Virus record (IMG/VR): IMGVR_UViG_3300038443_000257
Coordinates: 1 to 64,000 of that record
Strand: one strand, 5' to 3'
Length of the DNA stretch: 64,000 bases
Source: a virus
Lineage: Duplodnaviria > Caudoviricetes
Positions 36,525-46,740 of the stretch are shown here, piece after piece. The notes under the pieces are model-generated. The model was not told the origin of the DNA and did not search any database. It worked only from the letters and a program-made list of their open reading frames with translations. Made by a program: the position numbers and the translations under genes. Each line of letters starts with the position of its first letter. Position 1 is the stretch's first letter.

Positions 36525-37067
36525 ATGTCACATTTGAAAAACATGAAAATTCGCCTGACAGAACAGCACAATTTTGATGTTGTCAGTAGAGCTTTGGCGG
36601 ATGCTGGATATGAAAATGTTGTTGGTCAAACTGTGTTTGACGACGCTACAGAGTTATACGTCTACTCTTCCGGGTCGGTGTTGAAGACTACTAAGGAAAG
36701 CGGAAGTGGGGATTATTTCAAGCGGCATGTCAATGAAGAGTACTTTCTTACCCCTGCTGGATTTGTGCCTAAGGATTACTTTAAACAACCTGAAACCAAG
36801 CTCAACATTCTAGAACGATTTGAAAATCCTGTCACGGACGAGGATATAGCTGTGGAGGGTGCTTTTGATGCAATAATTGAGGGCATGTGCAAACCTACTC
36901 AACTGCCCTCAAAAGCTGAGCACGAACGACTTCGTAAGGTTGCTATTCTGAAGGCTATGCTGTACAATCTTGAGAACAAGAAAGATGTTCCTACGGAGTG
37001 GCACGAAGAGTTGAACGAGCTTCTGTGGCAAGAGGTCAATCGCAAGCAATTTATTAAGGATGTGTGA
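36525..37067 (+). CDS. hypothetical protein
   Basis: SD AAGGAGG; promoter 36465-36494 TTGACA-18-TATAAT. Confidence 0.75.
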   Translation: MSHLKNMKIRLTEQHNFDVVSRALADAGYENVVGQTVFDDATELYVYSSGSVLKTTKESGSGDYFKRHVNEEYFLTPAGFVPKDYFKQPETKLNILERFENPVTDEDIAVEGAFDAIIEGMCKPTQLPSKAEHERLRKVAILKAMLYNLENKKDVPTEWHEELNELLWQEVNRKQFIKDV

Positions 37068-37224
37068 TGAACACCAACTACAAAGAAATCGTTTATAATT
37101 GTTACGACTACGGTATGCCTGTAGAAGAATGCCTGAATGTGCTCAACACGGAGATTGGCGGATTCACTTGGTGGCAAGTGGCAGATATGTACATGGAAAT
37201 CGAATGTGAAGAGGAGGGGAAATA

Positions 37225-37584
37225 ATGGGCTATTGTGAAGCAATGGAAGCAGCAGGGGCAAAAGTTTTGGCCTACGAAAGTTTCGGAAGCTATCAAGGTG
37301 AATGGTTCGCTAAAGTGGATTACAATGGTGATGTAGGATGGGTCACAGGTTCGTTCGGCTCTTGCTCATACTGCGATGCTTTTGAAGGGGAGTTTGGTTG
37401 GAATGACTACGAATCTCCAGACTACGAACAACGTCTTGCAGATTTTGGTCGTACGTATCTTGATACGATTCTCCCACAAGAGAAACAAGAAGAGTTGTTG
37501 CAATCTGCTTTGGATGGACGAGAAGGTCATTGGTATTATGAAGATGTCGAAGCAACCTACGATTTTGTGAAAGAGAATCGATAA
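37225..37584 (+). CDS. conserved-type phage protein
   Basis: GSYQGEW, GSCSYCD motif. Confidence 0.75.
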   Translation: MGYCEAMEAAGAKVLAYESFGSYQGEWFAKVDYNGDVGWVTGSFGSCSYCDAFEGEFGWNDYESPDYEQRLADFGRTYLDTILPQEKQEELLQSALDGREGHWYYEDVEATYDFVKENR

Positions 37585-38021
37585 TGAAAGCAGCACTGAT
37601 TCAACGACAAATCAAACTGAACGAGCAAATCTTGACGGGCTTGCACGAGGAATATAAGAACCTTCGTGAGGCTCGTAAGATGTATAACGAACGTGCTGAT
37701 GAGTGCTTTAAGCAGATGATGATTGCAGACGATCAACTTGACTTTGACGCCTCGCATCAGTACACCACGGAAGGTGAGGCCAATCGGGAACAAGCATCGA
37801 TGTTCACACCCTATATTCGCAAGTTCAAGAAGAAGATTGCTGCTGTAGAGGAAATTCAAAGGTGCCTCAAAGATGACCTAAAGGGGCAACAAGCTTTGGA
37901 AGCGTGGATTGTTGAAGATGATGCCTTCTGGATTCAGCAGGCTTATGTTGCACGACAAGAAGGTTATAGTGTGACGTACAGCTTTGACGAGGCTGCTAAG
38001 CTGTTTGTTGGGGAAGGGTGA
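37584..38021 (+). CDS. coiled-coil hypothetical protein
   Basis: Coupled ORF. Confidence 0.7.
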   Translation: MKAALIQRQIKLNEQILTGLHEEYKNLREARKMYNERADECFKQMMIADDQLDFDASHQYTTEGEANREQASMFTPYIRKFKKKIAAVEEIQRCLKDDLKGQQALEAWIVEDDAFWIQQAYVARQEGYSVTYSFDEAAKLFVGEG

Positions 38022-38362
38022 TGAACAATCTACATTTCTTTATGTTCTCTTCTGGTGAGTACAGCGACTATTGCGTTGGCGGTATGTACGTTTGCGATCA
38101 TGTTGTTACTACAAGTGAGTGGGAGCAGTTTGCGGAGGACAAACTGGCACAGCGACAGAAGGCTCGGAGCGACAGCATTGTTGCATATCGTAACCGTAAT
38201 GGTGAGACTACTGATATTTACGCAGGATATCCGACAGGTTGGTTTGGTAGCAAAGAATACGAAGGTTGGCTGGCGTATTGCGAGGACAACAATTCACAAG
38301 ACTTATTCATCAAGGCGCATAACATGAAACGTGTTGAATACACGGAACTTTGGGAATATTGA
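38018..38362 (+). CDS. hypothetical protein
   Basis: SGEYSDY motif. Confidence 0.7.
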   Translation: MMNNLHFFMFSSGEYSDYCVGGMYVCDHVVTTSEWEQFAEDKLAQRQKARSDSIVAYRNRNGETTDIYAGYPTGWFGSKEYEGWLAYCEDNNSQDLFIKAHNMKRVEYTELWEY

Positions 38363-38375
38363 TTAGGAGAAAACC

Positions 38376-40448
38376 TTGAACAAGAAGTGGATTTGGGACA
38401 TCGAAACTTACCCTAATGTGATGACCTTCAGTGTGGTTCGTGAGGATGGAAGATTCGCTAATACGTTTGAAGTAAGTCATCGCACGAATGAAGTTGACAG
38501 GATTTTTGCTTGTCTTGATTATCTACGCGATCAAGATGACTTCTTAGTAGGCTTCAATTCTTTGCAATTCGATTACCCTGTTGTCCACAAATTGTTGAAG
38601 CTGCGAGACGGTAAGATGCCAGTTAAAGGTGAAACTATTGCTCGCAGGGTGTACGGCTACGCACAAGAACAGATTGAGAGTATGAGAGGTGAATTCGCCA
38701 ACACCGTGAAGGCTGAAGAACGCCATTGCAAACAAATCGACTTGTTCAAGGTACACCACTTCGATAATAAAGCCCGTATGACCAGTCTTAAAATGCTGGA
38801 ATTCAACATGCGTTCTCACAACATCGAAGACCTTCCTTTTCCTGTCGGAATGGAACTTAGCAACGAGCAGATTGACGAGCTTAAGCGATACAATGCCCAC
38901 GATGTTCGTATGACTTTGGATTTTTATAAACACAGTATTCCAAACATCGAACTTCGCGAGACTCTTACTGCGAAATATGGTCGTGACTTCATGAACCATA
39001 ACGATACTAAGATCGGTAAGGACTACTTCATTATGCGTCTTGAAGAGTCCAAGATTCCGGTCTATAAGATTGTTAATGGTAAACGCCAGATCAACCAGAC
39101 CAAACGGGATGTAATTCGTATTAAAGAGTGCTTGTTCAATTATTACGACTTCAATCGTCCAGAGTTCATTGCAGTCATGGACTGGCTATCTAAACAAGTC
39201 ATTCGTGAAACGAAAGGTGTGTTCACAGACATTGAAGAACATAAGCTTGGTGATGTAGCGAAGTACGCTGAGATGGTTGTGAAGCGCAAGAAGCTTAAAG
39301 GTGAACCATCTAAGTCAGAGTATGACGCATTTCGCAGAGAACATCCTTGTGGATGGGTTGACAAAGTTGAGTTGAAAGCAAAGAAAAAAGGTGAGATTCA
39401 ATATTCTTATTGGGCTTGCTGGAAGGTGGCTGAAACTCTTAACGTTGTTATCGAAGGCTTCAGGTTCGACTTTGGTACAGGTGGCATTCATGGCAGTCTC
39501 AGTAGTAAGATTGCTAAGAGAACTTCTGTGTACGATATTGTTGACGCTGACGTAAGTTCCATGTATCCTAATATTGCCATTGCGAACAAAGTGTACCCTC
39601 AACACTTAGGGGTAAAGTTCTGCGACATTTACGAGGACGTTTACGAACAGCGAAAATCTTATCCCAAAGGCAGTGCCGAAAACGGTATGATGAAGTTGGC
39701 GTTGAACGGTGTGTATGGCGATAGTAACAATCAATTCAGCCCGTTCTACGATCCAGCATACACCATGAAGATTACGATCAATGGACAGCTTTCGTTGTGC
39801 CTGTTGGCTGAAAAGCTGCTTGAAATTGAAGGGTTGAAGCTGATTCAGGTGAACACTGATGGTGTTACTGTGGCACTTCGCAAAGACACCCGTGCTCAGT
39901 ATGATGCAATATGTGAAGCATGGCAGAAGCAAGTTGGTTTGCAACTAGAGTTTGCTGAGTACGAAAAAATGTTCATCCGTGACGTGAACAACTACATCGC
40001 CCTCTACACGAATGGCAAGACAAAGAATAAGGGCGCTTATGAGTACAAGGACTTGGGATGGCATAAGAACCACTCGTCTCTGGTGATTCCGATGGCTGCT
40101 GAGGCTGCGATGCTTCACGGAACAGATATTCGTGAATTTGTCATGAACCACAAGGAGCGATTTGATTTTATGCTTCGTACTAAGGTTCCTCGTAACAGTC
40201 GTCTTGTTCTTGTTATGGATGATGGCAGCGAAGTTCTGCAACAAAATATTTGTAGGTATTACCCTAGTAAATCGGGTGGTAAGCTTGTAAAAATCATGCC
40301 CCCTCTTGAAGCTGGCGGTGAAGAACGTAGGCTATCAATTGATTCGGAATGGAAAGTGCGTCCTTGCAACAATATGGATGACTTTGACGGAGATATCGAT
40401 TATGATTACTACGTAGCTGAAGCAGAGAAACTTGTTATTAAACCATAG
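38376..40448 (+). CDS. family B DNA polymerase
   Basis: Exo DIETY, GFNSLQFDYP; pol DVSSMYP, KLALNGVYG, NTDG. Confidence 0.92.
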   Translation: MNKKWIWDIETYPNVMTFSVVREDGRFANTFEVSHRTNEVDRIFACLDYLRDQDDFLVGFNSLQFDYPVVHKLLKLRDGKMPVKGETIARRVYGYAQEQIESMRGEFANTVKAEERHCKQIDLFKVHHFDNKARMTSLKMLEFNMRSHNIEDLPFPVGMELSNEQIDELKRYNAHDVRMTLDFYKHSIPNIELRETLTAKYGRDFMNHNDTKIGKDYFIMRLEESKIPVYKIVNGKRQINQTKRDVIRIKECLFNYYDFNRPEFIAVMDWLSKQVIRETKGVFTDIEEHKLGDVAKYAEMVVKRKKLKGEPSKSEYDAFRREHPCGWVDKVELKAKKKGEIQYSYWACWKVAETLNVVIEGFRFDFGTGGIHGSLSSKIAKRTSVYDIVDADVSSMYPNIAIANKVYPQHLGVKFCDIYEDVYEQRKSYPKGSAENGMMKLALNGVYGDSNNQFSPFYDPAYTMKITINGQLSLCLLAEKLLEIEGLKLIQVNTDGVTVALRKDTRAQYDAICEAWQKQVGLQLEFAEYEKMFIRDVNNYIALYTNGKTKNKGAYEYKDLGWHKNHSSLVIPMAAEAAMLHGTDIREFVMNHKERFDFMLRTKVPRNSRLVLVMDDGSEVLQQNICRYYPSKSGGKLVKIMPPLEAGGEERRLSIDSEWKVRPCNNMDDFDGDIDYDYYVAEAEKLVIKP

Positions 40449-40463
40449 GACAAACAGCAACAA

Positions 40464-40658
40464 ATGAAATCGAAATTCTACTACGAGGGTCGTGCAGCAT
40501 ACGCCCTCGGCATCACGAACAACCCGCACACTAACGGAGATTGCGACAGTGCAGCATACGAATGGGAAATGGGCTACGACGACGCAGAGCAAGAAGCCCT
40601 CGACAAAGAATACGTCACAAACGTACGGAGCAGGAATGCGCAACAATTTTACGAATAA
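40464..40658 (+). CDS. hypothetical protein
   Basis: YYEGRAAY..NPH..WEMGYDDA. Confidence 0.65.
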   Translation: MKSKFYYEGRAAYALGITNNPHTNGDCDSAAYEWEMGYDDAEQEALDKEYVTNVRSRNAQQFYE

Positions 40659-40721
40659 TCGTGATCTTGCTTTCAACGGGGATACGTGGCAGACGGTTCC
40701 GAATAAATACTTTGTGGAGGA

Positions 40722-41309
40722 ATGATGGAATTTGAGACAACAGGAGCCCCTGTTTATTTCAAATCCTACTACAAGGATGGGATTCAGATCGCTACCCGAG
40801 AGGGATACCTTTGGGCTGGAATGAATCAGAGAACTTTGGTAGGAGGGGAGTACCAGAAGATAAAACCTACCTATATTGGGGTGGAAACTTCTGACAATTT
40901 TAAAAATTTTCAATACTTTGCAGAGTGGTGCCAGCATCAGATAGGATTCTTGTGTAAAAACGGCAATGGCTCGTACTGGCAATTAGACAAGGATATCGTA
41001 GGGAACGGAAAACTTTACAGCGAAAATACATGTGTTTTTGTTCCGAGCCACTTGAATTCGTTTTTATCAGGGCCACGGATTTCTAAACATGGGCTGCCCA
41101 CAGGTATAACAAAAGTAGGAAACGGCTTTAAGGCGCGCTGCTCGGACGGGCGGGGCGAACGAATTTATCTAGGATATTTTCATACATTAGAAGAAGCCGC
41201 AGCTAGTTACAAGTCGGCGAAGGAGAGGGCCGCTCGCGAGATGGCTGCTATCTGGCAAGGCAGAGTTGATGATCGAGTTGTTGAGAAGTTGTTGGAGTTT
41301 GAGTTGTGA
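40722..41309 (+). CDS. HNH-like homing endonuclease with AP2-like C-terminus
   Basis: FQYFAEWC, WQLDKDI, YSENTCVFVP, YLGYF.T.EEA. Confidence 0.8.
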   Translation: MMEFETTGAPVYFKSYYKDGIQIATREGYLWAGMNQRTLVGGEYQKIKPTYIGVETSDNFKNFQYFAEWCQHQIGFLCKNGNGSYWQLDKDIVGNGKLYSENTCVFVPSHLNSFLSGPRISKHGLPTGITKVGNGFKARCSDGRGERIYLGYFHTLEEAAASYKSAKERAAREMAAIWQGRVDDRVVEKLLEFEL

Positions 41310-41704
41310 AGACGCCCACCAGATTCAAGCCCACTTCTGCACACAAAGCCACTACTCGCGAGGCAACAGATGCAGATTATACAAAACTTGCGGTAGTAGT
41401 TTTGACTGCGATAGTAAACAAGCAACGTGATGTGGTTATAAAACTGCCATACTTTGTTAAGATTAGTGACGACATGCCGAAAGGAGTCTGCATCAAGAAG
41501 GATGGACGCTACAATTGGTATCGCGCCAAGGCGTTCAAGATGATGGATTGGCTCTACAAGCACGGGCATGCAGCACAGGATGCAAAGGCTGTTGTAAAAA
41601 GTCTACGTGCTGTCAACAATCTTATCGGAGAGATTGATAGGATGCTTGTAAATCCTGAGAAAACAGTGTACAATGACGTGTTAGTTATTAAGGACGATGT
41701 ATGA
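41306..41704 (+). CDS. hypothetical protein
   Basis: Coupled ORF. Confidence 0.7.
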   Translation: MKTPTRFKPTSAHKATTREATDADYTKLAVVVLTAIVNKQRDVVIKLPYFVKISDDMPKGVCIKKDGRYNWYRAKAFKMMDWLYKHGHAAQDAKAVVKSLRAVNNLIGEIDRMLVNPEKTVYNDVLVIKDDV

Positions 41705-42103
41705 CCAAAGAAGAAATTCAGGCTCGTATCGACGTTCTCTGTGATGAGATGGATGCCAACGAAGAAGAGAATCGTATGATGCAGAGCGAAGTGGATCAAC
41801 TGTACAAGATGCTAGATAAAATGTATGAATTGGAGAACGAAGATGCCTAAGCAAGTGTGGCAAACTGAAGATGGAAATATCTTTCAAAGTGAGCAAGAGG
41901 CTGTAAACTGGGAAGACCACGTCAAGCACGTGGACGATATTGCGCAATACTTATACAACTCTACAGTCGGACTTTACGTTAATGATTGTAACGAAGCTGC
42001 TAGGGTGCTTTTAGAAAAATACACGGTAACACTAAAATGAATGAGCTAGCCTACAAATGGATGCTCATCAAAATTGACTTAATTCTTATGTGGGAGGACA
42101 TTC

Positions 42104-42367
42104 TTGAGTTATTCCGATCAAAGTAAACAGTTTTCTCCGAGTTTCTTCACTCGTAAAATCGTTTTACGTGGAGTTGAACTCGAAGTAGAATTCAGGTTCT
42201 ACCAAGCCATTCCTTCAACGGCAGATGAGCCTGAATCCCCAGAGGAAGTGATTATCGAAGCAGTGTATGTCGATGATATTGAAATCAGCAATCTTATTGG
42301 CACGAAAGCTTGGGATGAGATTGAAGCTGAAATTTTGAAACTTTATGATAGTAAGGAGGAAGTATGA
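42104..42367 (+). CDS. acidic hypothetical protein
   Basis: SD GGAGG, TTG start. Confidence 0.65.
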   Translation: MSYSDQSKQFSPSFFTRKIVLRGVELEVEFRFYQAIPSTADEPESPEEVIIEAVYVDDIEISNLIGTKAWDEIEAEILKLYDSKEEV

Positions 42368-42681
42368 AAGTTGATGTGCTGAAGAAATCCAAGGATGAGT
42401 CGCTTACGACACTTGTAGGCCAAGTTTTGTTGGTTCTTGGCTCCAGTGTTTACAAAGCTTGGGTGGTAACTGTTTTGTGGGCATGGTTTGTTGTATCAAT
42501 CTTCGGTGCACCTCCGCTCGGGATTGCCGCTGCAATGGGATTGACGCTGTTGGCACGATTTATGGGTGTTCCTAGCGTTGATTTCAAGGTGCTTGACACT
42601 GTTGGAGAGTATGTTGCTGCATCCGTAATCCTGTCTACGGTTGTTCTGGCTGCTGGATATATTGTGCATATTTGTGTGTGA
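42364..42681 (+). CDS. membrane protein
   Basis: LWAWFVV..FGAPPL..AAAMGL. Confidence 0.75.
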   Translation: MKVDVLKKSKDESLTTLVGQVLLVLGSSVYKAWVVTVLWAWFVVSIFGAPPLGIAAAMGLTLLARFMGVPSVDFKVLDTVGEYVAASVILSTVVLAAGYIVHICV

Positions 42682-42690
42682 GGTGGAATA

Positions 42691-42900
42691 ATGCTATTGA
42701 TCTATTTGTTGTTTTCAATGTTCTGTGTATTTACATACTGTCTCGCAAGTAAGAAGGTTGATGAACAAGATGTTACTATCGGTCTGATGGCTGGTTATGT
42801 CATCCTGAGCTTAATTCCTATTTTGAATATCGTGTCAGTTTTGTATTGTTTGTTCTACACTGCACACCACACGGGGTTCTGGAATAAAAAGTTGTTCTGA
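42691..42900 (+). CDS. membrane protein
   Basis: SLIPILNI TM motif. Confidence 0.7.
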   Translation: MLLIYLLFSMFCVFTYCLASKKVDEQDVTIGLMAGYVILSLIPILNIVSVLYCLFYTAHHTGFWNKKLF

Positions 42901-42993
42901 TGCGTCCTGCATTCTCAGGACAAAGCCTGCGCTGGCTCTAGCGCTTAAGAGTGTGCTTGCGCACAACAATTTACTCTAAAGGAAATATAATTT

Positions 42994-44037
42994 ATGAAAC
43001 CACGCAATATCAACGCTCCTGCACGTAACGAGAACACTGAGCAGAAAGCATTCGTGCCGATCATCCCTGAAGAGGGTTTGGTTCCTGTTCAAGTAGGTCT
43101 GCTGGTCGACCTCGGAAGCCATAAGAAGCTGCCGAAGTTTGCTAAAGATAGTGCAGGCAAGCGTGAGCAAGATAAGGTGACGGGAGAGGATAAAATCCTG
43201 TGGCCTAAAGCTGACGCTGTTGAGCAAAAGATTGCCTGCTACATCGACCTGTTGGACCAGACTCATGATTACGAAGGTGACATTGGTGTGAAGAACATTC
43301 GCCTGCCGCTGCACGCTGTCACGCGCGGTATGTCGGAAGGTCTGAACTTCACCACTGTTGCGCCTCGCGATCCTGATGGCAATTACATCAAAGGTCGTCC
43401 GTGGATTCTGGCGAGTACGTCCAACTTCTACAAGATCGCTGGCGTGACCAAGTATGAAGATGGTACGAAAGTCAGTGATGTTATCTTTAAGCCGGACTAC
43501 AAGAATCCTAAGCTGAATGACATCTCGCAACTGCTGGCCAAGCCGTTCATGTTCAATCTGGAAGTGAAGGTGCAAGAGAAGGATGACAAGAAGTTTGTCA
43601 ACACCAAGCTGAAGTCGCCCGTCCCACTCGGTAAGAACATGAAGGTTGATCCTGCGTTGATGCCTGCTGTATCTGTTGGCTTCGAAGACGAAGATCTTCT
43701 TGAAGAAAAGGAAGAATTTGGTGGCATTGCTAAGATTGACCTGCTCCGTATTGCAGATATTCGCAAAATTGTCCTTGCTGAAGAGTATGTTGGCAGTAAG
43801 ATGCAAGAAGCAATCGTAGAACGCAATGGTGAAGATGGTGAAAAAGAGATCATTGCAAAGGCTAAAGAGATTATGCAGAAGGTTGTCGAAAACGACCGTG
43901 AACTGCAAGAAATTTTTGCTAAGTTCCCTAACGGTCCTGTTGGTAAAGAGGTTGCACATGATGCAGTGGTAGCTCAGCCAAAAACTCCGAGTAAACCTGC
44001 GCCTAACTTTGATGATCTGGAAGATACGCCTTTCTAG
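42994..44037 (+). CDS. probable ssDNA-binding protein
   Basis: Between polymerase and exonuclease, VDLG.H motif, acidic-aromatic tail FDDLEDTPF. Confidence 0.65.
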   Translation: MKPRNINAPARNENTEQKAFVPIIPEEGLVPVQVGLLVDLGSHKKLPKFAKDSAGKREQDKVTGEDKILWPKADAVEQKIACYIDLLDQTHDYEGDIGVKNIRLPLHAVTRGMSEGLNFTTVAPRDPDGNYIKGRPWILASTSNFYKIAGVTKYEDGTKVSDVIFKPDYKNPKLNDISQLLAKPFMFNLEVKVQEKDDKKFVNTKLKSPVPLGKNMKVDPALMPAVSVGFEDEDLLEEKEEFGGIAKIDLLRIADIRKIVLAEEYVGSKMQEAIVERNGEDGEKEIIAKAKEIMQKVVENDRELQEIFAKFPNGPVGKEVAHDAVVAQPKTPSKPAPNFDDLEDTPF

Positions 44038-44044
44038 GATGTAG

Positions 44045-44578
44045 ATGGAGACGCTAGTAAATAAGACGTGCTTTAAGTGCGGGGAGATTAAACCTCTCTC
44101 CGACTACTATAAGCATCCAGAGATGGCTGATGGTCACGTCAACAAATGTAAAGAGTGTAACAAGCTCGATGTTCGCACAAACCGTAAGAAGCGTGAAGAG
44201 TATTACAACGCCTATGATAGATTGCGCAGCACAGAACCCGAACGCAAGCAGCAAAAGAAGTTGAGGGAATCCAAACCTGAAGTTAGGGCAAAGATTGCTG
44301 AATACAGAAAAAGTTACACTTACGACAAAGAGAGGAAAGCTGCGACCACAGCAGTTAACAATGCAGTTCGGGATGGCAAATTGACCAAGCTGCCCTGCTG
44401 GGTTTGCGGCACGACAGAAAATGTCGAAGGGCATCATGTTCATTACGACATGCCGCTTGATGTGATTTGGCTGTGTACTAAGCATCATGCGGAAGTGCAC
44501 CGTGATTACGACCACGAGCAAGATCGTTTGACACTAAAAGCAACAGAGAAAGGTAGTCGTTGGAAGCAAGACGACTAA
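44045..44578 (+). CDS. zinc-finger HNH endonuclease
   Basis: CFKC..KPLSDYY..CKEC; PCWVCG..EGHH..WLCTKHH. Confidence 0.8.
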   Translation: METLVNKTCFKCGEIKPLSDYYKHPEMADGHVNKCKECNKLDVRTNRKKREEYYNAYDRLRSTEPERKQQKKLRESKPEVRAKIAEYRKSYTYDKERKAATTAVNNAVRDGKLTKLPCWVCGTTENVEGHHVHYDMPLDVIWLCTKHHAEVHRDYDHEQDRLTLKATEKGSRWKQDD

Positions 44579-44583
44579 CACAA

Positions 44584-44613
44584 GCCCTGCTCCGACAGGA
44601 GTGGGGCATTTTT
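44584..44613 (+). terminator. rho-independent terminator
   Basis: GCCCTGCTCC-GACA-GGAGTGGGGC then T run. Confidence 0.75.
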
Positions 44614-44629
44614 ATTAAGGAGAGTCTTA

Positions 44630-45397
44630 ATGCAGCATGCGAAAGAATTGCAACAAATCAAACAGGCAGCATCTCATTTCATGCCGAAAGGTGCTTTTAT
44701 TGCAGGAGGAGCACTGACATCTGCTTTCACAGGCCAACCGATCAATGATGTAGATTTCTATTTCAAAACCAAAGAAGATTTCATCAATGCCGTGGCAGAT
44801 GCATATGATGAGAGTCTGTGGTGTGTCTCTGCAACAGACCGTGCTGTGACGTTTGTATATAAAGACAATGTTATCCAACTTATGCATTTTGATTTCTTCC
44901 CTACTGCTGAAGCTGTGTTCGGTGCATTCGACTACACTGCTGTGATGGGGGCATACGACATTGACAAAGAAGATTTTGTGTTTCACGAAGACTTCTTCAA
45001 ACACAATTCGCAACGCTTCCTACGATTCCACAGCGGCACGCGATACCCCTATGGCTCGTTGATGCGTGTGCTCAAGTATCAAGACCGAGGCTATAAGATT
45101 GGTAAAAGTGATCTGCTTCGTATTGGTCTTGCTTGCCAGAAGGTTGAACTCAACTCGTGGGATGATCTGGCTAAAGCGATTGGTGGACAGTACGGCGAGA
45201 AGGCTGCTATTGAGACAGATAAAGAATTCTCCCTCGACAATGCACTTGATCTGTTCAAAGATGCTGAGATCACTACGCCAGAGGCTGCTAAGTCCATGCC
45301 TGACAATGCGTATGAATTGTTGAAGAGTGTTGGTATCGAACACGAAGAGTGGAAGAACGAAGAGAAGCCGTTTGGACCTAAGAGCTATTGGGGTTGA
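44630..45397 (+). CDS. nucleotidyltransferase (CCA/poly(A) polymerase head-like)
   Basis: FIAGGALTS...INDVDFYF, FDYT, RVLKYQDRGY. Confidence 0.85.
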   Translation: MQHAKELQQIKQAASHFMPKGAFIAGGALTSAFTGQPINDVDFYFKTKEDFINAVADAYDESLWCVSATDRAVTFVYKDNVIQLMHFDFFPTAEAVFGAFDYTAVMGAYDIDKEDFVFHEDFFKHNSQRFLRFHSGTRYPYGSLMRVLKYQDRGYKIGKSDLLRIGLACQKVELNSWDDLAKAIGGQYGEKAAIETDKEFSLDNALDLFKDAEITTPEAAKSMPDNAYELLKSVGIEHEEWKNEEKPFGPKSYWG

Positions 45398-45398
45398 T

Positions 45399-46355
45399 AT
45401 GACAGAACGACTAGCCGTTGTGGACGGCGATCTGCTCGCGTACCGTTGTGCAGCCGCCACGGAGAAGCGAAGTGTAATCGCAACACACAAAGAAAATCTT
45501 ACAGAGCTTGAGTTCGACACTGTTACACTATTCAAGGAATGGGCAGGCAGCGAAGCTGGGGATTACGATCTTAAGCCTGTACAAACGCCTGAACCAATTG
45601 CCAACACCATCTATGCAATGAAGCAAATGCTTAAGATGATTTTGGATAAGACTAAATGTACCGCTTATCACATCGTTGTATCAGGCCTGAGTGATGGCAA
45701 CTTTAGGAAGCATCTGCCCTTACCTACACAGTACAAAGATAATCGGACTAACATTTCTAAGCCAATTAATCTTGAAGAGGCTAAGCAGTACCTTGTCGAT
45801 AAGCACAATGCTGAGGTGGCTGTAGGTGAAGCAGATGATCTGATTGCAGCTTATAAATACCAAGGCTATCGCAAGAAAGAATACGTTGTATCCGTAACAA
45901 TCGACAAGGACGATAATGCCACTCCGGGTTGGCAATTTAATTGGTTGCATATGGAGGAGCCTGAGTTTGTAGATGGGTTTGGTAAGCTGTACTTGAATGA
46001 CAAGGAAGAAGTGAAGGGATACGGCAGGGTGTTTGCCTATTTCCAAATGCTGTTCGGTGATCCAGCAGATTGCTATAAGCCGTCCGAGATTGCTAAGAAA
46101 AAGTTTGGCGAGAAGGGTGCGTATAAGCTTCTTAAGGATTGCGAGACGGACAAAGAGGCTGTGCAAGCTGTTGTAAATCAGTACAAAAAATGGTATCCTG
46201 AAGAAATCTATTACACAGCATGGGACGGTTCACGACACAAGGCAGATTGGCTTACCATCTGGCAGATGTACGCAGATTGTGTGCACATGCGTAGGTGGGA
46301 AGGTGACAGGCTGGATGTGAAGAAACTCTGTGAAAAATTGGAGATTGAACTATGA
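45399..46355 (+). CDS. 5'-3' exonuclease
   Basis: VDGDLLAY, NFR..YKDNR, EADD, IDKD, GDPADCY. Confidence 0.9.
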   Translation: MTERLAVVDGDLLAYRCAAATEKRSVIATHKENLTELEFDTVTLFKEWAGSEAGDYDLKPVQTPEPIANTIYAMKQMLKMILDKTKCTAYHIVVSGLSDGNFRKHLPLPTQYKDNRTNISKPINLEEAKQYLVDKHNAEVAVGEADDLIAAYKYQGYRKKEYVVSVTIDKDDNATPGWQFNWLHMEEPEFVDGFGKLYLNDKEEVKGYGRVFAYFQMLFGDPADCYKPSEIAKKKFGEKGAYKLLKDCETDKEAVQAVVNQYKKWYPEEIYYTAWDGSRHKADWLTIWQMYADCVHMRRWEGDRLDVKKLCEKLEIEL

Positions 46356-46567
46356 ACAAGAAAATTACTATCGTAACAAACGAAGACGATTGGGAAGGTT
46401 TGTACATTGACGGAAAGATCGCTGTGCAAGACCATAAGCTTAGAGTAGAAGATGTACTCGATGCACTTGGAATCTGCGCGGAGAGTGTTACGTGCGACTA
46501 CGATTGGCTTTTCGACCAAGGATATCTGCCTAGCGACCTCAAAGATGTGGTGGTGCAAGATGACTGA
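46352..46567 (+). CDS. hypothetical protein
   Basis: DDWEGLYIDG motif. Confidence 0.7.
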   Translation: MNKKITIVTNEDDWEGLYIDGKIAVQDHKLRVEDVLDALGICAESVTCDYDWLFDQGYLPSDLKDVVVQDD

Positions 46568-46740
46568 GCAAAAATCTTTCCCAGTGCGATATATGGCAAT
46601 TCACACGTGGTATGGTTGGAAGGTGATCGATACACTGTCATCAAGACCGCGAGTTGTGCGCAGATTTTTAGGTGGCTTTAGTGGCCTTAAGATTCTTGAC
46701 GTGTACAACTATGTCCGCAACAAGAACGAAGCGGAGGGAT

